A stretch of DNA of 63,623 bases, filler included. It is 4 parts of 4 records of this genome, joined end to end, with 100 filler letters (N's around TTAATTAATTAA, not from the genome) between each part and the next. Parts side by side here need not be neighbours in the genome. Positions count along the whole stretch, not along the records: positions 1 to 13,910 come from SRR22947725_3700; positions 14,011 to 35,694 come from SRR22947725_3706; 2 more parts are not named here. One strand, given 5' to 3'. Shown one piece after another: positions 9,197 through 18,756 of this stretch. The translations under genes and the position numbers were made by a program. Numbering within the stretch: the first letter of the stretch is position 1; each line of letters begins with the position of its first letter. The notes beneath the pieces are model-generated. The model did not search any database and had not been told where the DNA came from. It worked only from the letters and a program-made list of their open reading frames with translations.

Positions 9197-10387
9197 ATGA
9201 ACACGCCGCTCAAACAACATCTGATCGATCCAGAGATCTGCATCCGCTGTTACACCTGCGAGATGACCTGCCCGCTTGGGGCGATTGAACATGATGACAA
9301 CAATGTGGTGGTCAATGCGGATCTGTGTAATTTTTGCATGGATTGCATTCCCGTTTGCCCCACAGGCTCCATTGACGAATGGCGGGTGGTTGAAACGCCC
9401 TACACGCTTGAGGCGCAATATGACTGGGAGGAGCTGCCTGACCAGGAAGAGCTGGCCGCCCCAGTGGATCCTGCGGACGGAGCGGAGGGAGAGCAAGACC
9501 CGATCGCCGCGCTTCTGGCCGAGGCGCAAAAAGGCGCGGGTGGTCGGGCGGTGGCGCCCGTCTCTGCGGCAAAACCAACCGTGAATCTTTACAATCTTAG
9601 CCATCCCGTTGAGGCGGTGGTGCAGGGCAATTATCCGTTGACCCAAGATCCAGAGCACGATGTCCGCCATATCATCCTAGATTTCCAAGGCCGGCCCTTT
9701 CCGGTGCTTGAGGGCCAATCTTTGGGCATTCTTGCCCCTGGCGAGGATTGCGAAGGCAAGGCGCATTTGCCCCGGCTCTATTCTGTGTCAAGCCCGCAGG
9801 ACGGCGAGCGGCCAGGGTATCACAATGTGTCTTTGACCGTGAAGCGCGAGGCACAGGGCGTGTGCTCCAACTACATCTGTGATTTGCAGCCCGGTGACCG
9901 GGTGAATGTCACCGGGCCTTTTGGCGCCACCTTCTTGATGCCTGCAGATCAAGAGGCGCGCTTGTTGATGATTTGCACAGGCACGGGTTCGGCGCCGATG
10001 CGGGCTTTCACAATGGCCCGGCAACGCCGCGTGGGCCCGAAAGATGGGGGTATGGTCATGTTCTTTGGCGCGCGGACGCCCGAAAGCCTGCCCTATTTCG
10101 GCCCGCTCAACAAATTGCCCGAGTCTCTTTTGCAAAAGCACCTCAGCTATAGCCGCGTTGCGGGTGGACCGCGGGAATATGTGCAAGATTGTATGCGACA
10201 GGCGCGGGATCTGGTGGCCGGGATGCTGCAAGATGGCCAGACCCATATTTACATTTGTGGCTTGAAGGAAATGGAAGCGGGCGTGGAGGCGGCCTTTGAG
10301 GAGATTGCCCAAAGCTTCGGAGGCAACTGGCCTGATCTGCGCGACACCCTGCGTGAAGCTGGACGCTATCATGTCGAAACCTACTGA
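9197..10387 (+). CDS. boxA: Benzoyl-CoA 2,3-epoxidase reductase subunit A
   Basis: KQHLIDPEICIRCYTC and CNFCMDCIPVCPTG 2x[4Fe-4S] domain plus FNR domain (RLYSVSS, ICTGTGSAP, YICG, HVETY). Confidence 0.95.
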   Translation: MNTPLKQHLIDPEICIRCYTCEMTCPLGAIEHDDNNVVVNADLCNFCMDCIPVCPTGSIDEWRVVETPYTLEAQYDWEELPDQEELAAPVDPADGAEGEQDPIAALLAEAQKGAGGRAVAPVSAAKPTVNLYNLSHPVEAVVQGNYPLTQDPEHDVRHIILDFQGRPFPVLEGQSLGILAPGEDCEGKAHLPRLYSVSSPQDGERPGYHNVSLTVKREAQGVCSNYICDLQPGDRVNVTGPFGATFLMPADQEARLLMICTGTGSAPMRAFTMARQRRVGPKDGGMVMFFGARTPESLPYFGPLNKLPESLLQKHLSYSRVAGGPREYVQDCMRQARDLVAGMLQDGQTHIYICGLKEMEAGVEAAFEEIAQSFGGNWPDLRDTLREAGRYHVETY

Positions 10388-10388
10388 G

Positions 10389-10829
10389 ATGGACCCGCGC
10401 CACCTTGGCGCATTTTGTCATAAAATCAATGTGACATGGGGCGATTGTGATCCTGCGCGCATCGTCTATACGGGCCGTCTGCCATGGTTTGCATTGGACG
10501 CAATTAATGGCTGGTGGGAAGCGCAGCTGGGCGGTGATGGCTGGTTCCAGTTGGAAGTTGACCGCAATTTGGGAACGCCTTTTGTGCGGCTGGAAATGGA
10601 TTTTGCCCGCCCGGTCACGCCCCGTCATCCCCTATTGTGCTATGTTTGGCCCGAGCATTTGGGCGAGACATCCATCACCTTCCGCGTCGATGGTGAGCAA
10701 GAGGGGCAGCGGTGTTTTTCCAGCCGGTCGGTCAATGTTTTTGTCACCGCGAATGCGTTTAAGAAATGCCCCCCACCGGTGGATCTGCGGGAGATTGTCC
10801 TAAGCGCCATGGCGGAGTCGGCCCGATGA
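10389..10829 (+). CDS. 4HBT-family acyl-CoA thioesterase
   Basis: VTWGDCDPARIVY hotdog-fold motif; box context. Confidence 0.85.
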   Translation: MDPRHLGAFCHKINVTWGDCDPARIVYTGRLPWFALDAINGWWEAQLGGDGWFQLEVDRNLGTPFVRLEMDFARPVTPRHPLLCYVWPEHLGETSITFRVDGEQEGQRCFSSRSVNVFVTANAFKKCPPPVDLREIVLSAMAESAR

Positions 10830-11746
10830 GTTTTGAGCGCAACGATCACTTGAATGTTCAAAAGAGCGCGGCTCTTGACCCGCCAAGCGCTGCGCTTTTG
10901 CGCAGTTTGGGCACGCGCCTACGGCAGATGCGAAAATCCCAAGGGTTAAGCCGTCGCAGCCTGTCAGAGCGCTCGGGCGTCTCACCGCGATATTTGGCCA
11001 AAGTTGAGGCTGGAGATGGCAATATCTCCATTGGCCTCTTGATCAAACTCGCTGCGGCCTTGGAGCAGCCTTTGGAGCATTTCTTGATGGCGGATGCTAT
11101 GTTTCATTCGGACCTACCACATATCGCACAGCTTTATGCGCGCGCCGATGCCGCTGTGCGCGCGCGGGTCTTGCAGGTGCTAGATCCCGAGCGCATGGGG
11201 CGGCAAAAAGCACAGCGCCTGTGTTTGGTGGGGCTGCGGGGGGCCGGGAAATCAACCCTGGGCGCACGGGTGGCGAAGGTGTTTGACGCCCCATTTATTG
11301 AGCTGAACCGCGAGATTGAAAAAAATGCAGGCATGGCGCTTGGCGAGATCATCGCGCTTTACGGGCAAGAGGGCTATCGCCAGCTTGAAGCCGATACTTT
11401 GACGGGCATTATTGAGGGGCACAGCCGCGCTGTTGTCGCCGTGGCAGGCGGAATCGTGTCGGAGGAGGGCAGCTTTTACCATGTGTTGTCGCGCTTCCAC
11501 ACGGTGTGGCTAAAAGCCTCTGCTTCGGAGCATATGGAACGCGTGCGCGCGCAAGGCGACGTGCGACCGATGCAGGACAATCCGCAGGCGATGATCCAAT
11601 TGCGCCAAATTTTGAGATCGCGCGAGGCTCTCTACACGCAGTCTGATCATGTTTTGGACACCAGTGGCAAATCGGTGGACCAAAGCCAGATCGAATTGTC
11701 CCAGCTCATTGAGAGCTGTCAAATTCTAGATGCGCGGGCGGTGTAA
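10826..11746 (+). CDS. boxR: BoxR/BzdR-type regulator (XRE HTH plus shikimate-kinase-like domain)
   Basis: N-terminal HTH (SGVSPRYLAKVEAGDGNISI) fused to GLRGAGKSTLG P-loop and EHMERVRAQGDVRPM. Confidence 0.9.
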   Translation: MSFERNDHLNVQKSAALDPPSAALLRSLGTRLRQMRKSQGLSRRSLSERSGVSPRYLAKVEAGDGNISIGLLIKLAAALEQPLEHFLMADAMFHSDLPHIAQLYARADAAVRARVLQVLDPERMGRQKAQRLCLVGLRGAGKSTLGARVAKVFDAPFIELNREIEKNAGMALGEIIALYGQEGYRQLEADTLTGIIEGHSRAVVAVAGGIVSEEGSFYHVLSRFHTVWLKASASEHMERVRAQGDVRPMQDNPQAMIQLRQILRSREALYTQSDHVLDTSGKSVDQSQIELSQLIESCQILDARAV

Positions 11747-11785
11747 CATCCGCGCCGCTGTGTCATATTTTTGAGGAGGGGTCCG

Positions 11786-13852
11786 ATGCAGGTGACCATG
11801 CGCAGTGAAAATCATGTTGGCTATGTAACTTTGAGCAATCCACCGGTGAACGCCATTGGCCAAGCCCTGCGCCAGGGTCTGCTTGAGGCGGTGCGCTGGG
11901 CCGAGCGGGACAGGTTGGACCGGGTCATTGTCTTTGGTGCCGGGGGTGTTTTCGCAGCGGGCGCAGACGCAAAGGAATTTGACAGCCCACCGCAAGCGCC
12001 GCATCTGCCGGAGGTTTTGAATGCGATTGATGAAAGCTTCGTGCCGTGGATTGCCGCAATTGAGGGCGTGGCCTTGGGGGGCGGCGCTGAAATTGCCATG
12101 GCCTGCCGCATGCGCATTATGGCGCCTGATGCGCGCATTGGCCTGCCGGAGGTGACGTTGGGGGTTATTCCTGGTGCCGGTGGCACCGCGCGCCTGCCGC
12201 GTCTGGTCGGGCTGCAAAAAGCCGTTGAGATGATCACCATGGGCAAGCCCATTGGGGCGCAAGAGGCCCGCTCGGCGGGATTGGTCCATGCGGTGGAGGG
12301 CGATCCTATCGAGGCTGCCTTCATGGTCAACAGCGAAGAGCTGGGCTGCATTGTGCCCACATGGGAATTTCATGCCCCCGCGCATGACCCGGATCTGTTC
12401 CACATGGCGCGTGAAAATCTAAAAGCAAAAATGGCTGGGCAAGAGGCGCCTTTGCGGGCGCTTGAGGTGATCGAGGCAGGGCTGTCTTTGCTATTTCACC
12501 AGGCTTTGACGCAGGAACGCCAGGTGTTTTTGGAGCTGAAGACCGGGCCACAAGCCAAGGCGTTGAGACATATTTTCTTTGCGCAGCGCGCCGCGAAAGC
12601 ACCAGCGCATTTAAGAGGCGTGGCGTTGGAGGTGCGGCACGCGGTGGTGGTTGGTGGCGGCACGATGGGCGCCGGGATTGCCTATGCGCTTTTGGCAGCG
12701 GGCCTGCAGGTCACGGTATTGGAGGCAGATGCCGCCGGGCTGCAACGGGCTGAAGACACGATCGGCAAACTTACCGAGGCCAGCTTAAGACGGGGTATCA
12801 TAGATGCCGCTCAGGCCGCCGATCAGCGCCGCCGGATGACGCTGAGCACGCAATATAGCGAAGCGGCCTCTGCGCAATTGGCTATTGAGGCGGTGTTTGA
12901 AGATATGGCTGTGAAACACGAAATTTTAGCCAAATTGGAAGCTGTGATGCCAGCCGAGGCCGTGCTGGCCACCAATACGTCTTATCTGGATGTGAATGAG
13001 ATGGCCGCGCGGCTTATGGATCCCACGCGTGTCATCGGCCTGCATTTCTTCGCACCGGCCCATATCATGAAATTGTTGGAAATCGTTCAAGGGGCACAGA
13101 GCAGCGATCGTGCGATTTCCACGGGCTACGCTTTGGCAAAACGCCTGGGCAAGGTCCCCGTGCTGGCCGGGGTCTGTGATGGGTTTATCGGCAATCGCAT
13201 TTTAGCGCGCTATCGTGAGTCGGCCGATACGGTGTTCATGGATGGTTCAACCCCTTGGGACGTGGATGAGGCCATGGTAGATTTTGGCTATGCCATGGGA
13301 CCCTATGAAGCCCAGGATCTCTCGGGCTTGGATATCGCCCATGCCAATCGGCAACGTCAGGCGCCGACTCGCGATCCAAACAGGCGCTATATCCCCATTG
13401 CCGATCGCATGATTGAGCTGGGGAAATTGGGCCGCAAGACAGGTGCAGGTTGGTATCGCTACCCCGGGGGTGGGGGCAAGGTGGAGGATCCAATCGTGGC
13501 GGATCTGGCCATAGAGGAGGCGCATTTTGCCGGAATGTCTCGCACGGATTATTCTGGGCCAGAGATCTGCCGAAGGCTTTTACTGGCCATGATCAATGAG
13601 GCAGCTGATATTTTGGACGCGGGCATTGCGCAATCGGCCAGTGACATCGATCTGGTAACGGTTTTTGGCTACGGCTTCCCGCGCTGGCGCGGCGGGCTGA
13701 TGCATTATGCAGACAGTCTTGGGGTGAAGGCAATCGTGGCGCAGCTTGAGATTTTGGCGCGGGAGGATCCTGTGGCTTGGAAGGTCTCACCGCTGCTCCG
13801 CCGCTGCGCAGAGGCCGGGCAATCCTTGGCAGAAGCCCGGCCGAAGCTATGA
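11786..13852 (+). CDS. Bifunctional enoyl-CoA hydratase / 3-hydroxyacyl-CoA dehydrogenase
   Basis: NPPVNA, GLPEVTLGVIPGAGGT, GGGTMG, ATNTSYL, GLHFF, GFIGNRI. Confidence 0.9.
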   Translation: MQVTMRSENHVGYVTLSNPPVNAIGQALRQGLLEAVRWAERDRLDRVIVFGAGGVFAAGADAKEFDSPPQAPHLPEVLNAIDESFVPWIAAIEGVALGGGAEIAMACRMRIMAPDARIGLPEVTLGVIPGAGGTARLPRLVGLQKAVEMITMGKPIGAQEARSAGLVHAVEGDPIEAAFMVNSEELGCIVPTWEFHAPAHDPDLFHMARENLKAKMAGQEAPLRALEVIEAGLSLLFHQALTQERQVFLELKTGPQAKALRHIFFAQRAAKAPAHLRGVALEVRHAVVVGGGTMGAGIAYALLAAGLQVTVLEADAAGLQRAEDTIGKLTEASLRRGIIDAAQAADQRRRMTLSTQYSEAASAQLAIEAVFEDMAVKHEILAKLEAVMPAEAVLATNTSYLDVNEMAARLMDPTRVIGLHFFAPAHIMKLLEIVQGAQSSDRAISTGYALAKRLGKVPVLAGVCDGFIGNRILARYRESADTVFMDGSTPWDVDEAMVDFGYAMGPYEAQDLSGLDIAHANRQRQAPTRDPNRRYIPIADRMIELGKLGRKTGAGWYRYPGGGGKVEDPIVADLAIEEAHFAGMSRTDYSGPEICRRLLLAMINEAADILDAGIAQSASDIDLVTVFGYGFPRWRGGLMHYADSLGVKAIVAQLEILAREDPVAWKVSPLLRRCAEAGQSLAEARPKL

Positions 13853-13865
13853 GCGGTGGTTATGA

Positions 13866-13900
13866 AAGACCTCCGAATAACCGAGCCGCCAAGCCAAAAC
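13866..13900 (-). repeat. Right arm of imperfect inverted repeat flanking the box cluster
   Basis: Reverse complement reads GTTTTGGCTTGGCGGCTCGGTTATTCGGAGGTCTT, 28/35 identical to 2844-2878. Confidence 0.7.
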
Positions 13901-13910
13901 ACTTTGCCCG

Positions 13911-14010
13911 NNNNNNNNNNNNNNNNNNNNNNNNNNNNNNNNNNNNNNNNNNNNTTAATTAATTAANNNNNNNNNNNNNNNNNNNNNNNNNNNNNNNNNN
14001 NNNNNNNNNN
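13911..14010. other. Artificial contig spacer (N run plus TTAATTAATTAA)
   Basis: Six-frame-stop linker at 13955-13966 inside N run; base composition changes across it. Confidence 0.98.
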
Positions 14011-14339
14011 TCCCATGCTTCGGCGATGACCCGATCTGACCGTTTTTCGGCTGGCAGATCATGCGCAAAGGCAACCAATGTATAGCTTCGCTCAGGGCCA
14101 ATGGCCTCATAGGTGGCAACGCCAACACCGTTGGCATCAATCAACCAACGACTTTGTTTGAATTGCCAATTCTCGGCTTTGAGGCGGCGCAACAAAACGC
14201 GCATGAAGCTAAGACGGCTTTGATGAAATGACCCCATCCGTGCCAAGGTCATGACCTGACTAGCAGGACGAAGCGCAACAGACGGCACTGGCGGCGGTGA
14301 TGCGGCCGGATTATCTTGTTTCATCTCTGGTGTTTCCAT
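14011..14339 (-). CDS. Conserved hypothetical protein (N-terminal part, truncated by contig end)
   Basis: LRPASQVMTLARMGSFHQSRLSFMR...RSDRVIAEAW; co-directional and downstream of the dipeptidase. Confidence 0.7.
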
Positions 14340-14377
14340 TAACCAAACCATTTTGCTTGTTGCGCCAAGAAACCTAA

Positions 14378-15358
14378 TCAGGCCGTTTCAGCGCCAAAAT
14401 TTTCATCATAAAACCGAAGCCAGTTTTCACCCATAATTGCATGTGTGTCTTTTTCGGAAAATCCCTGCTGTCTTAACCCATCTGCAATCGCGCCGAAATG
14501 GCGATTATCCATAAACCAGTTTGGCATTGGAGGAAAGCCTGCATGACTGGCTGATCCTTCGCCATAATCAATTTCTTTTGTCCATCTGCCAACGCGCATC
14601 CACTCAACCACACTGTCAGGTTGGTCCTGACAAAGGTCGGATCCGATGCCGATATTGTCGATTCCCATCAAATCAGCAGTGTCGGCAATCATCTGGCAAA
14701 AGCTTGTCAGGCTGCACTCTGATTTGTCCTTTAAATGATGCGGGTAAAGCGAGAAACCCAGCATGCCACCCGATTGGCCAAGCGCGCGAAGCACGTCATC
14801 CGATTTATTGCGTTTGGCCGGATGCCAGAAATAGGGGTTGGCATGGGTAATGGCAATTGGGCGTTGCGAAATTTCAATGGCCTCCAAGGTTGATCGTTCG
14901 GCCGAATGGCTCATATCAACAACCATGCCAACACGGTTCATTTCTTTGATGACTTGGCGACCCATGCGTGTAATGCCGGTATCTTCATCTTCATAACAAC
15001 CCGTGGCAAGAAGCGACTGGTTATTATAGGTAAGCTGCATAAAGCGAACGCCGAGGCTGTGACAAATTTCAACAAGCCCAATATCATCTTCAATTGGTGA
15101 CGGGTTTTGAAATCCAAAAAAGATCGCGGTTCGGCCTTCGCGTTTGGCACGCCGCACATCATCGCCGCTGGTGCCATGAAAAATCAGATCGGGATAGCGT
15201 TCAAACCAGCGATTCCATTGTTCGATATTGGTAACGGTTTCGCGAAACATTTCGTGATAGGCAATCGTCACATGAACCGCGTCAACGCAGCCTTCGCGCA
15301 TTTGCCGAAAGATTTTTTCTGACCAATTTGCATATTGAAGATTGTCGATGAGATGCAT
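14378..15358 (-). CDS. Membrane dipeptidase (peptidase M19 family)
   Basis: IDNLQY, MQLTYNNQ, VDMSHS, THANP, GIGSDL motifs. Confidence 0.88.
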   Translation of the reverse strand: MHLIDNLQYANWSEKIFRQMREGCVDAVHVTIAYHEMFRETVTNIEQWNRWFERYPDLIFHGTSGDDVRRAKREGRTAIFFGFQNPSPIEDDIGLVEICHSLGVRFMQLTYNNQSLLATGCYEDEDTGITRMGRQVIKEMNRVGMVVDMSHSAERSTLEAIEISQRPIAITHANPYFWHPAKRNKSDDVLRALGQSGGMLGFSLYPHHLKDKSECSLTSFCQMIADTADLMGIDNIGIGSDLCQDQPDSVVEWMRVGRWTKEIDYGEGSASHAGFPPMPNWFMDNRHFGAIADGLRQQGFSEKDTHAIMGENWLRFYDENFGAETA

Positions 15359-15362
15359 CAGA

Positions 15363-16814
15363 TTATTCCGGCTTGCCAGCGGCAATATAGCTGGTTTTCA
15401 CGATTGTATAGAATTCGGCGGCATAGCTTCCTTGTTCGCGCGGGCCGTATGAGCTGTTGCCGCGTCCGCCGAATGGCACATGATAATCTGTGCCTGCGGT
15501 TGGCAGGTTGATCGTAACAACACCTGTTTGGGCATTGCGGCGGAAATGCGTTGCTCGCGCCAGCGAACGGGTGATGATCCCCGATGTTAGGCCAAAATCA
15601 GTGTCATTCACGACATCAAGCGCCTCATCATATGAGCCGACCTTGATGATACAGGCGATTGGAGCAAACATTTCTTCGCGATTGATGCGCCAGTCATTTT
15701 TCGTGCCACCAATAACCGCAGGCGTCATGTAATAGCCATCATGATCGCGGCTAACCGTCTCGCCGCCACACAGTGCCTCGCCGCCTTCCTGTTTGGCTGT
15801 TTCCATCCATTGCAGGTTTTCGGCCAATTGTCCGGCGCTTACTACGGGGCCGATTTGCGTTCCATCAGCCAAGGCATGCCCAACCTTCATTGCCGATGCT
15901 GCGGCAACAAGCCGATCGGCGAATTCGTCATGGATGGCCTCATGCACAACAAGCCGTGACGAGGCGGTGCATTTTTGACCCGTCCCGCCAAAGGCGCCGC
16001 CAAGCGCGGTTGCCACGGCAAGATCAAGATCGCCATCATCCATAATGGCAAGCGCGTTCTTTGACCCCATTTCCATTTGAACTTTGGTGAGATTGGCAAT
16101 GGCGGCGGTGGCAATTTGTTTGCCAACATCCAGCGAGCCGGTAAAGCTAATCGCGTTTATCGCCGGAGATTCGACAAGTTTTTGGCCAATGCTGCCGCCC
16201 GGGCCCATCACCAGATTAAACAGCCCATGCGGAATATCCTGACGCGAAATGATTTCGCTTAAGGCAACAGCCGAAGCCGGCACCAGATTTGCCGGTTTCC
16301 AGATAACCGCATTGCCAAAAGCCAGCGCTGGCGCAATTTTCCAGACTGCTGTTGCGGTTGGAAAATTCCAAGGGCTGATAATCGCAACAACCCCAACCGG
16401 TTCGCGCCGAACATCAATTTCGATGCCGTCACGCACACTATCGGCCGTGTCACCGATCTGGCGAAGCACTTCGGCAGCATAATAGGTAAAGAACTGGCCG
16501 GCTCGGTAGATTTCACCAACGCCTTCGGCCAATGGTTTGCCTTCTTCGCGGCTAAGAAGGGTGCCGAGCTCGATGCGGCGTTCCATCAATTCATTGCCGA
16601 TATTCATTAAGATGGTTTGACGCGCCTCAAGACCGGTGGCGGCCCATTTTTTCTGGGCGGTTTGGGCGGCATCTAGGGCGCGATCAAGCTGGGCGCTATT
16701 TGCCTGCGCGTAATGGCCGATCTGATCGCTAAGGTCGGATGGGTTGATATTGGTAATTGTGCTTTGCCCATCGCACCACGCGCCTGCAATAAAATTCTGT
16801 CCGGTTTCTGACAT
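15363..16814 (-). CDS. Aldehyde dehydrogenase (alpha-ketoglutaric semialdehyde dehydrogenase-like)
   Basis: PWNFP, FTGS, EMGSKN, GQKCTASSR, EEMFAP, YHVPFGG. Confidence 0.85.
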   Translation of the reverse strand: MSETGQNFIAGAWCDGQSTITNINPSDLSDQIGHYAQANSAQLDRALDAAQTAQKKWAATGLEARQTILMNIGNELMERRIELGTLLSREEGKPLAEGVGEIYRAGQFFTYYAAEVLRQIGDTADSVRDGIEIDVRREPVGVVAIISPWNFPTATAVWKIAPALAFGNAVIWKPANLVPASAVALSEIISRQDIPHGLFNLVMGPGGSIGQKLVESPAINAISFTGSLDVGKQIATAAIANLTKVQMEMGSKNALAIMDDGDLDLAVATALGGAFGGTGQKCTASSRLVVHEAIHDEFADRLVAAASAMKVGHALADGTQIGPVVSAGQLAENLQWMETAKQEGGEALCGGETVSRDHDGYYMTPAVIGGTKNDWRINREEMFAPIACIIKVGSYDEALDVVNDTDFGLTSGIITRSLARATHFRRNAQTGVVTINLPTAGTDYHVPFGGRGNSSYGPREQGSYAAEFYTIVKTSYIAAGKPE

Positions 16815-17047
16815 GGTCTCTTGCGCCTTTCATATTGCCAATATCTGCAAGAATTCATTTGATTGGCATGGGTCAGACTGACCGAAAGAGGATTTGAACA
16901 CAACCCCTTTACTTGATCTGGTTATATCAGTTTTTTGGCAATCATTTGCATGACTTGTCATTTCCTGATAAGCGGGATTTAAGTGATGCGGATATCATGT
17001 CCTATCGGCCTGATAGTTTCGCAATGTCATGCAAAGGACGGCAGCGA

Positions 17048-18085
17048 ATGAAAATGATCACTGATCGTATGTCGATGCCCTATTTCGCCCTTGGCGTTCT
17101 GGCTTTGGCAATGGGAATTATTCCCCTTAATGACGCATTGATTAAATTGATGAGTGGTGATGTTTCGCTTGGCCAATTGGTCGCTTTGCGGGCAGGAATG
17201 ACGCTGATCATGCTTGGCATTTTCAGCCGCAGTATTCAGGCAATGTTTGCGCTGCCAGCAAAAGTTTTCTGGCTGTTTTTTGCCCGTAGCATGTGTCTTG
17301 TGCTGGCGATGGTGCTGTTTTTCGTTTCGCTAGGGACGTTGCCGCTGGCAAATGTGATCGCCATTTTCTTTGTATCACCATTGATCATCACAATTCTATC
17401 AGTGCCATTTCTTGGTGAGAAAATTGGCCTTCACCGTTTGGCCGCAGTATCAGCTGGCATGGCTGGGGTTTTGTTTATCATTCGGCCCGGCGGGGTTCAG
17501 TTTCAGGTGGAAACCTTGTTTGTTGTGATGTCGGCCTTCAGCTATGCCGCCTTTCAGATATGGACAAGACGCCTAAAATCGGTTGGCAATCTATCGGGCA
17601 TGGTTGCGGTTCAGCATATTTGCTATTTGACGATTGGCGCGCTGTTCATGCTTGTGAACATGATCTGGCCAGTTGATCAATCGGGTAATCCGACAATTGA
17701 TTTTCTGCTTCGCGCGCCATCACTGATGTCTCTGACCAACCTTGGTTATCTGGTGATTTGCAGCTTTTCAGTTCTGCTATTGTCCTACGCATCCTCCAAC
17801 GCCTATCGTTCGGTCGAGGCATCGGTCATTGCGCCATTTGAATATGTCGCGATTCCGTTTGGTGTTTTCTGGGGTGTCGTGATCTGGGATGAATGGCCGG
17901 ATCAGATGGTTATGATTGGGATAACGCTTATTCTGGCGGGCGGGCTTTACACGCTTTATCGTGAAAATGTCCAATCGATTGACGTGATTACGTCAAGCCC
18001 GATGCCGGCAACCGCCGCGATTGTAGAACCTGCCGATGCGGCACCGCAAGATATGGATGTGAAAGCGCCAAACCAAAAAGAATAA
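17048..18085 (+). CDS. DMT/EamA family transporter
   Basis: About 10 TM helices, LGEKIGLHR, IAPFEY; start uncertain. Confidence 0.85.
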   Translation: MKMITDRMSMPYFALGVLALAMGIIPLNDALIKLMSGDVSLGQLVALRAGMTLIMLGIFSRSIQAMFALPAKVFWLFFARSMCLVLAMVLFFVSLGTLPLANVIAIFFVSPLIITILSVPFLGEKIGLHRLAAVSAGMAGVLFIIRPGGVQFQVETLFVVMSAFSYAAFQIWTRRLKSVGNLSGMVAVQHICYLTIGALFMLVNMIWPVDQSGNPTIDFLLRAPSLMSLTNLGYLVICSFSVLLLSYASSNAYRSVEASVIAPFEYVAIPFGVFWGVVIWDEWPDQMVMIGITLILAGGLYTLYRENVQSIDVITSSPMPATAAIVEPADAAPQDMDVKAPNQKE

Positions 18086-18141
18086 GGCAAAAAGATTAGG
18101 CCCAAAAGGATTAAGCCCATAAAAAGTGATAACAGCGCCGT

Positions 18142-18579
18142 CTAGTCGGCTTTGCCACCCTTCCAGACGCCTGTATCCTTTAGCTTTTCAGCAACTTCGG
18201 CAGGCATGTAATTTTCATCATGCTTGGCCAAAACATTGGTTGCGATAAATTCACCATTGGCAAGTGACCCTTCGGCAACGACGCCTTGGCCTTCGCGAAA
18301 CAGGCTTGGCAACGCATTGTCATAGCGGACGCTGATTTCATTTGAACCATCGGTGACCGTGAAAACAGATTGCAATCCGTCGATCTTGACGCTGCCATCT
18401 TTGACCAGCCCGCCAAGCCGCAATGCCTGCCCCGCCTTTGTTCCTGAGGTGGTAATTTCGGTTGGCGTATAGAAAAAAACGATATTGTCGCGAAGCGCGC
18501 CAAGCACAAGCATGGCGGCAACGCCAACCAATGCTGCGATCATCGCGATGATTGATAACCGTTTGGCCTTTGGTGACAT
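18142..18579 (-). CDS. ccmE: Cytochrome c maturation heme chaperone
   Basis: LPSLFREGQGVVAEG and VLAKHDENYMP heme-binding motif. Confidence 0.93.
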   Translation of the reverse strand: MSPKAKRLSIIAMIAALVGVAAMLVLGALRDNIVFFYTPTEITTSGTKAGQALRLGGLVKDGSVKIDGLQSVFTVTDGSNEISVRYDNALPSLFREGQGVVAEGSLANGEFIATNVLAKHDENYMPAEVAEKLKDTGVWKGGKAD

Positions 18580-18756
18580 GGATGCCTCGTTGATGCGTAT
18601 CATCAGGGATTTGATAACGCTGCTTACCAGAAGATTAGAAACATACAATAGTTTGCCGGAAATTTAGGGTCGCGGCAAGACAGCGCAGGTTATTGTGTAG
18701 CGTCGTCAAACGCTGTAAACAAGTGTTACTAATTTATGGAACGTAGTGAGGAATTT

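Noticed and set aside
1046-13790. Long antisense or alternate-frame ORFs (e.g. 1046-2350, 8396-9670)
   Set aside because: They overlap well-supported genes in GC-rich DNA and show no motifs.
13911-14010. TTAATTAATTAA repeated three times in the window as a biological repeat
   Set aside because: Always centred in 100-nt N spacers, so it is an artificial linker. ORFs ending in X..LIN or X..N are artefacts, and genes on either side are not true neighbours.
18088-18120. Short tandem AAAAGATTAGGCCC / AAAAGGATTAAGCCC
   Set aside because: Only two imperfect copies with no spacers; not CRISPR-like. I saw no CRISPR array or cas gene in the window.
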